From: a virus
Taxonomy: Duplodnaviria; Caudoviricetes
IMG/VR virus record: IMGVR_UViG_3300044591_002261
Coordinates: 1-37,118 of that record
Length of the DNA stretch: 37,118 nt
Strand: one strand, 5' to 3'
The notes beneath the pieces are model-generated. The model made no database searches. It saw nothing but the letters and a program-made list of their open reading frames with translations, and had not been told where the DNA came from. Positions 1 through 7,117 of the stretch are shown piece by piece. The position numbers and the translations under genes were made by a program. The stretch's first letter is position 1. Each line of letters begins with the position of its first letter.

Positions 1-80
1 CAGTTCAAAATCCGTCCGGGCGTCAGGAACCTGACACGGGGGGGGGGTCTCCCCGCCCTCTGGCACGCCCCTTGCCGCTC

Positions 81-392
81 CTAGGCCCCTTGGGATGCCC
101 GTAGGCGCGCTTTGCAGGCGTGGACGTCCTCGCACGAGGCCCGCCACTCACGGCGCCACCGCGGGCCGTCAGCGGCCTCCAGGACGGTCAGCAGTCCTAC
201 CCCCGGCCGGAGCTCCGCGCCGCACCACTGACAGGACGTGCGGTAGCGATTGCGCCGCAGCTCCGCCGGCCGGTCCACGCAGGCCAGGTGTCGAGGTCCG
301 ACAGCGAGCTGGTACTCGATGACCTCGCCCCGCTCGATGCGCGCGCCGCACGCGGCGCACGCCCCGGGTCTCTCAGCTGGCATGAGGGGCAT
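81..392 (-). CDS. Small protein with two Zn-ribbon-like motifs
   Basis: PGACAACGARIERGE and RNRYRTSCQWCGAELRPG motifs; follows the sigma gene; start inferred at ATG 392 (383 possible). Confidence 0.65.
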   Translation of the reverse strand: MPLMPAERPGACAACGARIERGEVIEYQLAVGPRHLACVDRPAELRRNRYRTSCQWCGAELRPGVGLLTVLEAADGPRWRREWRASCEDVHACKARLRASQGA

Positions 393-1056
393 CGCTGAGC
401 ATCTCCCTGAGGCGATCCACCGCGCGCGCGAGGATTCCGTCCGTTGACGTGCGCGAGACCCCCAGCACTCGGGCGAGCTCGCGTGAGCTGGTCGGGTCAA
501 ACCCTCGCAGGCCGTAGTGTCGCTCGAGAAGGTAGCGATGCTCGTCCTCGAGCAGCCCCACCACGCGCAGCAGCTCCCGCTTCTGCTCCTCGTCCAGCAG
601 GGTCGCCTCGGCGTCGCTCACGGGGTTGGCCTGCTCGACAGCGTCTTGCCACGCCGCAGCGCTTGCATCCCCCGCGCTGAGACTGCCGAGCACACAGGCC
701 ACCGGGCGCCACTGTGTCAGTCCGCGCTGAGCCCGATGGCTGGGCCTGACGTCCTGGGACTGCCTCAGGGCGAAGTCGCGCATCGCGCGGCGCACGAGGG
801 GCTGAGCGTAGGCCACGAACGAGGGTCCCTCCGGCAGGAACCGCGAGCAACAGCTCAGCACCACGAGCGCGCCTTCCTGCTCGAGGTCGTCCGACTGCAC
901 TGACCCCGGCGAGGGCACCGCGCGCGCTTCCTTGACGAGCAGCGGGCGCATCAGCTTCAGCAGGAGCGCCTCATCGTCGCGACAGTCGCGAGACGCCTCG
1001 CGCGACTCTCTGATTCGGCTCGCCACTTCGCTCGCTGCATCTCTCGACGGCTGCAT
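373..1056 (-). CDS. Phage-encoded sigma70-family alternative sigma factor
   Basis: Region 2 DDLEQEG...SRF..EGPSFVAYA..LVRRAMRD; region 4 HTH YGLRGFDPTSSRELARVLGVSR..ILARAVDRLREML; ATG 1056 preceded by GGGGGAG (ORF is open to 1110). Confidence 0.88.
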   Translation of the reverse strand: MQPSRDAASEVASRIRESREASRDCRDDEALLLKLMRPLLVKEARAVPSPGSVQSDDLEQEGALVVLSCCSRFLPEGPSFVAYAQPLVRRAMRDFALRQSQDVRPSHRAQRGLTQWRPVACVLGSLSAGDASAAAWQDAVEQANPVSDAEATLLDEEQKRELLRVVGLLEDEHRYLLERHYGLRGFDPTSSRELARVLGVSRTSTDGILARAVDRLREMLSDAPHAS

Positions 1057-1134
1057 CACTCCCCCTGCACTGAACACCCTCTCAGTACCCCTCCGCACTG
1101 ACATCGTCACTAAGCCCCTCCCGAGTGTTTACCT

Positions 1135-1171
1135 TGGGATGCATTTGAATCCCATTTGTATCCCACGTCAA
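1135..1171 (-). promoter_or_regulatory. Leftward sigma70-like promoter overlapped by three TGGGAT boxes (candidate operator)
   Basis: Minus strand TTGACG-17nt-TCAAAT; TGGGAT at 1135-1140 (+), 1149-1154 (-) and 1160-1165 (-). Confidence 0.55.
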
Positions 1172-1229
1172 CAAACGTGTCGCGGGCTGTAGCTCCCCGA
1201 CGGAGGAGTGCGGTGCTACGGTCGAGCCC

Positions 1230-1406
1230 GTGGACCTGGACTCGCACAAGGCCAAAGACGCGCAGGTGTCTGTACGGATGCCGGGAGATCTCCTCGCACG
1301 CCTGACGGCCGTCGCCAGGAGGCGCGGAATCCCGCGGGCCGCACTGCTGCTCGAGCTCATCCGAGACGGCCTGCGCCGCCTCGAGGAAGAGTCACGCGCT
1401 AAATAA
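1230..1406 (+). CDS. Ribbon-helix-helix (CopG/Arc-like) repressor, 58 aa, not in the supplied ORF track
   Basis: MDLDSHKAKDAQVSVRMPGDLLARLTAVARRRGIPRAALLLELIRDGLRRLEEESRAK shows the beta-strand/helix/G/helix RHH pattern; extended -10-like TGcTACGGT ends 7 nt before the GTG. Confidence 0.75.
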   Translation: MDLDSHKAKDAQVSVRMPGDLLARLTAVARRRGIPRAALLLELIRDGLRRLEEESRAK

Positions 1407-1561
1407 GCGCCCCCCCCCCGCTTACATTATCCCACACGCGCGCGCAGCTGAGCACGCGAGAACAATGCCGCGCGCGCAACACCAACTGCATCTGTCGGGC
1501 ACGCAGTCTGTTGCCCTCGAAACAAAGCGCACGACCAGCCGTTCACCATTGAACGGTCCCA

Positions 1562-1588
1562 GCCACGCGCCAGAACCGCACACATTTA
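1562..1588 (+). promoter_or_regulatory. Phage motif GCCAC-N7-AACCGCACACATTTA, copy 1
   Basis: GCCACgcgccagAACCGCACACATTTA; no adjacent start codon. Confidence 0.75.
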
Positions 1589-1673
1589 GAACCGACGGCC
1601 TCGTTGATGTTCCCGAGCTCCTGCCTCCCCAGGCGGTCGAGCCCAGAGAAACAGACAAAACAGGCACGACGCA

Positions 1674-1878
1674 CGACACAACCCGGGGGTCCTCTGCACG
1701 CGCGAGCGCTCGCGTGTTCTTACTCTTTTCTTCTCTTATATAGAGAAGGGGGTTGTGTCGTGTCGATTTTGACCTAAGTAGCCGAAACCATTGGCGAATC
1801 CATCGACACAACCCCCCTCAGGGGGTCGTGTCGATCCCTCTGGAGCCACCGACACAACCCCTCCCCCCGTCGTGTCGA
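1674..1878. repeat. Cluster of direct and inverted CGACAC(A/G)AC repeats around an AT-rich tract; candidate replication origin
   Basis: CGACACAACC at 1674, 1804, 1850 (+) and 1751-1760 (-); GTCGTGTCGA at 1757, 1825 and 1869; AT-rich 1715-1747. Confidence 0.65.
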
Positions 1879-1894
1879 ACTTGCGAAAGGAAAT

Positions 1895-1921
1895 GCCACC
1901 CGGAAAAACCGCACACATTTA
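1895..1921 (+). promoter_or_regulatory. Phage motif copy 2
   Basis: GCCACccggaaaAACCGCACACATTTA, 5 nt before ATG 1927. Confidence 0.8.
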
Positions 1922-1926
1922 GGGGC

Positions 1927-2196
1927 ATGGACGACACTCAATCCGCCGTTTATTCCCCTGTCGAGCCGGGCCCTGACCGGGCTGCCGCGTACGCCGAGCA
2001 AGTCCGCCAAGCGCTTGATGCCGCCCCTGCCCCGTTGTCAGTGAGGGAGCTCCGGGAGCGGTGCGAACTGTCCGAACGGCTGGTCCGAGACGGACTCGAG
2101 CGCTTGATGTTTTCCGGCTCGGTGGTGATGACAAAGCGCTACGTCGCGAGACGCCGAGGACCGCCTCCGCTCGTCTACAGCCTCCGCCAGCCCTGA
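1927..2196 (+). CDS. Winged-helix HTH DNA-binding protein
   Basis: PLSVRELRERCELSERLVRDGLERL..SGSV...RRGPPPLVYSL wHTH pattern. Confidence 0.7.
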   Translation: MDDTQSAVYSPVEPGPDRAAAYAEQVRQALDAAPAPLSVRELRERCELSERLVRDGLERLMFSGSVVMTKRYVARRRGPPPLVYSLRQP

Positions 2197-2220
2197 CCTC
2201 AAACGTCCGTGGGGGACACC

Positions 2221-4560
2221 GTGAGAGTCGCGTACTACGAGCACGCGCAGGACACCCGTCCGCGCGTGGAGGACATCGGCTGGTCCGAGCTGGTGAACGT
2301 CCTGACGACGTTCCGACGATCGAGCGCGTGCAACGAGGCGCCGTGCCGTAACCGCCGCTGCCCGGGCAAGAACGGCTCAGCCTGGAGTCCCGTCGACATT
2401 GAGGGCACGCGCGCGAACACGAACGTGAAGGCCATCACCGCGGCCGTCTTCGACCTGGACCACCTCGACGCCTCTCAGCTCGCGTTGTTTGAGTCCCTCC
2501 GCGCCCGTGGGCTCGCATTCGTGGCGCACAGCACCCACAGCCACGCGCCCCCCGGGGACTGCTGCCTCCGGCTGGTACTCCCGCTTTCCCGCCCCGTCCT
2601 CCCGCACGAGTGGGCTTCGGTGCGCGCCCGCGCCGTCTCTGCGCTCGAGCTACCGGCCGACCCGGCCACCAAGGACGTCAGCCGCATCTACTACCTGCCG
2701 GACGCTCCCCAGGGCACGCAGCCCGTTGTGGAGACGCACGACGGCGAGCCCCTGGACGTGGACGCCCTGCTGCGCGGCGCCGCCGTCCCGAAGCTGGACG
2801 CCTCGTTCGACGTCGCCGAGCTAGAGGCCGTCGCTCCGGCCCCAGTAGACCTACACGCGCTCGCCGACCGGCTCCTCGCCCACTGCCGGCCGGAGGCGCG
2901 ACCTCTCCTCCGCGACTGCCTTCGCGGAGCGCCCCTCCCTCTCGGGCGCCACGACGACAGCCTGCAACGGCTGATGTCGCTCTCGGCCTTCGTGCTGCCG
3001 GACGAGACCCCCGAGGACGCCGTCGTCGAGTTGTTCCGCGCCTCGTGGGCAGCCACGCCCTGGCAGGAGGGCACGGAGCACCTCATCGCCGAGGCCATGA
3101 AGAAGCTCGGGCGGGCGCGAGAGCGCCGCCGGGAGCGCGACGCCGCCAGGGCCGCGCAGGACGCGCTCGTCGTGGAGCGGCTGCGCGCCAAGGTGGTGAA
3201 GCGAGCCGCGGCCGTCGACACGCAGGACGACGCCGGAGACACCGGGGAGCAATGGGCCGAGGACCTCACCGTCCAGGGCGGAAAGCGCTGGCGCGACCTC
3301 GAGCCGGGCGAGCGCCCCTCCTTCAAGGCCAACGTGGCGAACCTCTACAGCATCCTCCGGCACTCTCCCGAGTGGCGCGGCTGCATCCGATTCGACGACG
3401 TGGAGAAGGAGCTCCGCATCGAGGGCAGCCCGCTCGGTGAGGACGTTTCAGCGGAAACGCTCGACTCCGGGGTGGCCGTGTGGCTGTCGAAGTCGCACTG
3501 GGGGGACTGCGGACTTCACCCGGCGCCGGCGCTCGTCCGCGAGGTGCTTCTCCTGGTCGCGCAGAAGAACCGCTTCGACCCGCTGCGCGACTACCTGTCC
3601 TCGCTCGAGTGGGACGGGACGCCCCGCCTCGAGGCCTTCTTCGTCCGTTACTTCGGCGCCGAGGACACGGACTACGTGAGGGCCGTCTCGAGCAAGTGGC
3701 TCCTCTCCGCCGTAGCGCGCGCCCTCAACCCTGGCTGCAAAATGGACACGGTCCTCGTCCTCGAGGGGCCCCAGGGCATCGGCAAGTCGCGGGCCTTCTC
3801 GCTGCTCGGCGACCGCTGGTTCACCGACACGCCGGTCAACACCCGGGACAAAGACAGCCGGCTCCTGGCCGCTCGTGCGTGGCTGGTGGAGCTATCGGAG
3901 AGCACCATCTTCGCCTCGGTGGAGAACGAGGAGCTGAAGGCCTTCTTCTCCAGCTCCGTCGACCTCATCCGCCCGCCCTTTGGCAAGACGCACCAGGCGT
4001 ACCGGCGCCGGGCAGTCTTCTGCGGCACCACGAACGCTTCGCAGTACCTCCGCCGGGACACCACGGGGGCGCGTCGCTTCTGGCCGGTGGCCTGCCGGGA
4101 GGTGGACCTCGAAGCACTGAGGCGCGACCGCTCGCAGCTGCTCGCCGAGGCCGTTGCCCGGTACAACGCCGGCGAGGAGTGGTGGCTCTCCCGCGAGGAG
4201 CAGCGGCTCGCCGACGAGGTGGTGTCCAGCCGCCTCCGCTCCGAGGGTGAGTCATTCCCCGAGCTGGTCCGCCTTTGGTTCCTGCGGATGGGGCCGGACG
4301 AGCGACCGGACGCCGTCCACATTGCCGAGGTCGCCGAGCGCGCCCTGGGGATGTCCGCCGCCCAAATCAACCGGGACGTGGAGACACGCCTCGGCAACGC
4401 GCTGCACGAGCTGGACTTCAAGAACCGTATCCGCGTCAGCGGGGGCTCGCGCCGCCGAGTCTGGGAGGCACCCGAGGACCTTCTCAACGCGCCTCAGATG
4501 GTGACGGACGCGAGCCCGGAGCCCGACAACGTGAGGCCGTTTCCCAGGGGGCGCCGATGA
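2221..4560 (+). CDS. Primase-polymerase fused to a VapE/VirE-type P-loop helicase
   Basis: N-terminal FDLDH and HSTHSH...RLVLPL (AEP-like); C-terminal Walker A VLEGPQGIGKS and TTNASQYLRRDTTGARRFWP; GTG 2221 (2209 possible). Confidence 0.88.
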   Translation: MRVAYYEHAQDTRPRVEDIGWSELVNVLTTFRRSSACNEAPCRNRRCPGKNGSAWSPVDIEGTRANTNVKAITAAVFDLDHLDASQLALFESLRARGLAFVAHSTHSHAPPGDCCLRLVLPLSRPVLPHEWASVRARAVSALELPADPATKDVSRIYYLPDAPQGTQPVVETHDGEPLDVDALLRGAAVPKLDASFDVAELEAVAPAPVDLHALADRLLAHCRPEARPLLRDCLRGAPLPLGRHDDSLQRLMSLSAFVLPDETPEDAVVELFRASWAATPWQEGTEHLIAEAMKKLGRARERRRERDAARAAQDALVVERLRAKVVKRAAAVDTQDDAGDTGEQWAEDLTVQGGKRWRDLEPGERPSFKANVANLYSILRHSPEWRGCIRFDDVEKELRIEGSPLGEDVSAETLDSGVAVWLSKSHWGDCGLHPAPALVREVLLLVAQKNRFDPLRDYLSSLEWDGTPRLEAFFVRYFGAEDTDYVRAVSSKWLLSAVARALNPGCKMDTVLVLEGPQGIGKSRAFSLLGDRWFTDTPVNTRDKDSRLLAARAWLVELSESTIFASVENEELKAFFSSSVDLIRPPFGKTHQAYRRRAVFCGTTNASQYLRRDTTGARRFWPVACREVDLEALRRDRSQLLAEAVARYNAGEEWWLSREEQRLADEVVSSRLRSEGESFPELVRLWFLRMGPDERPDAVHIAEVAERALGMSAAQINRDVETRLGNALHELDFKNRIRVSGGSRRRVWEAPEDLLNAPQMVTDASPEPDNVRPFPRGRR

Positions 4561-5921
4561 GCACTGACACCACGCAGGCACCGCGAGCGAACGGCGAGCC
4601 CGCCGTCGTCGACGGGGAACTGAAGCACCTTTCGGTCAGCCAGTTGAAGGACTTCGCCCTCTGCGAGCGCGCGTGGTGGTTCAGCCGCGTGATGCGCCTT
4701 GCCCGCAAGGTGACGAAAGGCCAGGCGACCGGCACCGAGGGCCACGCGCAGCTCGAGCACTACCTGAAGACGGGCGAGGACGTCCTGGGGCCTGTGGCCT
4801 CGGCCGGAAAGCACCTGTTGCCGGAGCCGGGAGAGGGGCTGCTCGTGGAGCTGCCTCTCGATGCGCCCGCGCTGACCGCGGCCGGCGTTCCCTTCAAGGG
4901 TTTCATCGACCTGCTCAACCTACGCGGCGCGGCTGAAGGCGTCCTCCGCGTCACGGACCACAAGTTCACGAGCGACATCGACAAGTGGGCCGCGAAGCCT
5001 GACGACCTCGCCACCACGCGCCACGAGCACGGCATTCAGATGGTCGGGTATGCCCGGTGGGTGTCGGCGAAGTTCCCCTGGGCGGAGCGGCTCGAGCTCG
5101 AGCACCTCTACTACCAAACGAAGGGGGCGAAGCGGGCCGAGTCCCGCATCGTCACCGTCCCCGCCGGCGAGTTCCGAGCCGAGTGGCAGCGCGTCGAGAA
5201 CCTCGCCACGCAGATGAAGGACGTCGCGCGCGCCCGCGCCCTGGACGACGTCCACCCCAACTGGCGCGCCTGCGACAAATACGGCGGGTGTTCCTACCGC
5301 AACCAATGTCTCTCCCACGAAGCAAAGAAAGGCCACACCGTGTCCCTCCTGTCCCGTGTCCAGAAGTCCTCCGCCCCCGCCACGCCGCCCGCCCCCCCTG
5401 CCGTCCTGCCCCCGGACGCGCCCGCCTCTGACCCGGCAAAGGCGAGCCTCTCCCCCGCCCCGGTCCAGCAGACGCTCGAGGCGGCCGTGCCCCCGCCCCA
5501 GAAGCCTCTCGCGCGGAAGAAGCCGGCCCCGAAGGCGCCCGAGCCGGAGCTCCCCGCGCAGCCCGCGCCCGCCCCGGCCGCCGTCGTCGTGGAGAAGCCG
5601 GCCCCCGCGCCGGAGCGTCTGCGCCTCTTCGTGGACTGCCTGCCCAACGGGCCGCACGGCACCCTGGGCGGGTACCTGTCGGGGCTGAAGGCGAAGCTCG
5701 AGGCCGAGTACGCCGTGAGCGACATCCGCTGCGCGCCCAACGACAGCCCCCTCGGGTACAGCAAGTGGCGCGGCATCCTCGCCGCCAACATTCGCGCCGC
5801 GCCGCCGGCCCCGGGCACCTACGTCGTCGTCGGCGCACGGGCCTCGGACCTGCTGCAGGTGCTCACCGAGACGCTCGAGCCGCTGTGCGCGCCCGGCGAC
5901 TACGTGCGGGGCGTCCAGTGA
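4557..5921 (+). CDS. Cas4/AddB-like PD-(D/E)XK exonuclease with a Pro-rich linker and C-terminal domain
   Basis: HLSVSQLKDFALC, GFIDL, VTDHKFT, QMVGY, C-terminal CDKYGGCSYRNQC (1+3 Cys pattern); ATGA overlap with the primase gene. Confidence 0.85.
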   Translation: MSTDTTQAPRANGEPAVVDGELKHLSVSQLKDFALCERAWWFSRVMRLARKVTKGQATGTEGHAQLEHYLKTGEDVLGPVASAGKHLLPEPGEGLLVELPLDAPALTAAGVPFKGFIDLLNLRGAAEGVLRVTDHKFTSDIDKWAAKPDDLATTRHEHGIQMVGYARWVSAKFPWAERLELEHLYYQTKGAKRAESRIVTVPAGEFRAEWQRVENLATQMKDVARARALDDVHPNWRACDKYGGCSYRNQCLSHEAKKGHTVSLLSRVQKSSAPATPPAPPAVLPPDAPASDPAKASLSPAPVQQTLEAAVPPPQKPLARKKPAPKAPEPELPAQPAPAPAAVVVEKPAPAPERLRLFVDCLPNGPHGTLGGYLSGLKAKLEAEYAVSDIRCAPNDSPLGYSKWRGILAANIRAAPPAPGTYVVVGARASDLLQVLTETLEPLCAPGDYVRGVQ

Positions 5922-6118
5922 ACGGGCCTCTCTACCTGACGAAGGGCGACGTCGAGCGCGAGAGGGAAGAGGCGCTCGCGGAGGTGGCTCGGCTGCAGGC
6001 AAAGGCACGGCAGCTCCGCGACACGCTCCGGCGCCTGGGCCAGCACGAGCCGGGCTGCGCGGTCCACTGGACGCACGTCGACGGCTGCTCGTGCGGGCTG
6101 GACCAGGCTCTCCAATGA
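5918..6118 (+). CDS. Small coiled-coil protein with an H-x3-C...CxC motif
   Basis: GTGA overlap with the upstream stop; HEPGC...CSCGL. Confidence 0.6.
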   Translation: MNGPLYLTKGDVEREREEALAEVARLQAKARQLRDTLRRLGQHEPGCAVHWTHVDGCSCGLDQALQ

Positions 6119-6252
6119 CCGCCCACGAGCTCCGCGAGCTTCTCCGGCGGGCGACGTGCGCCCTGCTCGGCCACGTCGTCCAACTCGCGGACCGCGGCGC
6201 CCCGGTGGCGGAGTTCTCCCTCTGCCGCCGGTGCGGGAGGTGGTGGCGCTAA
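6115..6252 (+). CDS. 45-aa Cys/His protein (DUF1660-like)
   Basis: MTAHELRELLRRATCALLGHVVQLADRGAPVAEFSLCRRCGRWWR; ATGA overlap. Confidence 0.55.
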   Translation: MTAHELRELLRRATCALLGHVVQLADRGAPVAEFSLCRRCGRWWR

Positions 6253-6295
6253 GTGTCCGGAATCAGACGAGCTCAAAAAATCGACCGCGCCCCCC

Positions 6296-6329
6296 TTGCA
6301 GACGTTAGTGCGACTAGATATATATATCT
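6296..6329 (+). promoter_or_regulatory. Near-consensus host sigma70 promoter with a palindrome over the -10
   Basis: TTGCAG(6296)-17nt-TATATA(6319); perfect palindrome AGATATATATATCT at 6316-6329. Confidence 0.7.
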
Positions 6330-6373
6330 GCGCATGGACGGCACGCCGCCGCCCCGCAACGGAGGAACACACA

Positions 6374-6526
6374 ATGACCACCGAGACCCGCAACGCCATC
6401 ACCGCCGCCCTCGTGAAGGGGCTCGCCTCCGGGATGCCGGTCGAACAGGCGATCGACAACGTCCTCGGCGCCGGCACGTACAAGCGGCTCGCCTCCGAGG
6501 TCTACGACGCGCTTCGCACCCGGTAG
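6374..6526 (+). CDS. Small early protein, 50 aa
   Basis: Strong GGAGG RBS before ATG 6374. Confidence 0.7.
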   Translation: MTTETRNAITAALVKGLASGMPVEQAIDNVLGAGTYKRLASEVYDALRTR

Positions 6527-6561
6527 CACCTGCCCAACCACGCGACACGGAGACAACGACC

Positions 6562-6861
6562 ATGACCGACCGCAAGTACATCGACGCCGCCACCGCCGCG
6601 AAGGCCATCCGCGCCGACCTGAAGGCCGCTCAGAAGGCCGGCGAGCTCCACGAGGCCGTGCGCGCGTCCGTTACCATCCGGCGTTTCACGACCGGGCAGT
6701 CCGTCGACGTCCGCGTGACCGCGATGCCGTTTGAGCGCGGGAGCGACGCGGCGACGGCGACTCTGATGATGGTGCGCGCCATCGCGGCCCGCCTCCACTG
6801 GGAGAAGCGCGACACGGCGAGCGACTTCTACGACTGCAACTTCTTTCTGAGCGTCGCCTAA
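6562..6861 (+). CDS. LPD29-like (large polyvalent protein-associated domain) small protein
   Basis: AAKAIRADLK...SVTIRRFTTGQSVDVRV...VRAIA...DTASDFYDCNF pattern; GGAG RBS. Confidence 0.65.
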   Translation: MTDRKYIDAATAAKAIRADLKAAQKAGELHEAVRASVTIRRFTTGQSVDVRVTAMPFERGSDAATATLMMVRAIAARLHWEKRDTASDFYDCNFFLSVA

Positions 6862-6925
6862 CCCGCAGACCGGAGACAGCGACCATGACCGACAACATCG
6901 CCGCCGCAGAGAAGGCAATAGAGGC

Positions 6926-7117
6926 ATGACCGGCCCGCACCCGGGGCAGCGCGCCGCCCGCCCCAAAGGCACCGAGGCGCGCGTCCTCCTGCCGCTCTCG
7001 CCCGAAATGGCCGCGGCCGCGCTTGCCGCATCCGTCCGCGAAGGCGTGTCGCGCTCGGAGTGGATTAGGCGCGCCATCGCAGAACGCCTCGAGCGGCAGG
7101 AGAAGGCCCGCCGGTGA
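6926..7117 (+). CDS. Ribbon-helix-helix (CopG-like) protein
   Basis: VLLPLSPEM...AASVREGVSRSEWIRRAI. Confidence 0.7.
   Translation: MTGPHPGQRAARPKGTEARVLLPLSPEMAAAALAASVREGVSRSEWIRRAIAERLERQEKARR

Noticed and set aside
1208-1402. Supplied 64-aa ORF at 1208-1402
   Set aside because: Arg/Pro-rich with no motif; the overlapping frame 1230-1406 encodes a convincing RHH protein
38-1419. G10 (38-47) and C10 (1410-1419) runs as an inverted pair or phase-variable tracts
   Set aside because: Both are intergenic, complementarity barely extends beyond the runs, and such runs are plausible by chance at this GC
1674-1878. Mini CRISPR array
   Set aside because: The repeats are only about 10 bp, in alternating orientation and irregularly spaced
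4557-5340. CRISPR-Cas system suggested by the Cas4-like nuclease
   Set aside because: No cas1/cas2 and no repeat-spacer array seen; stand-alone Cas4-like exonucleases are common in phage replication modules
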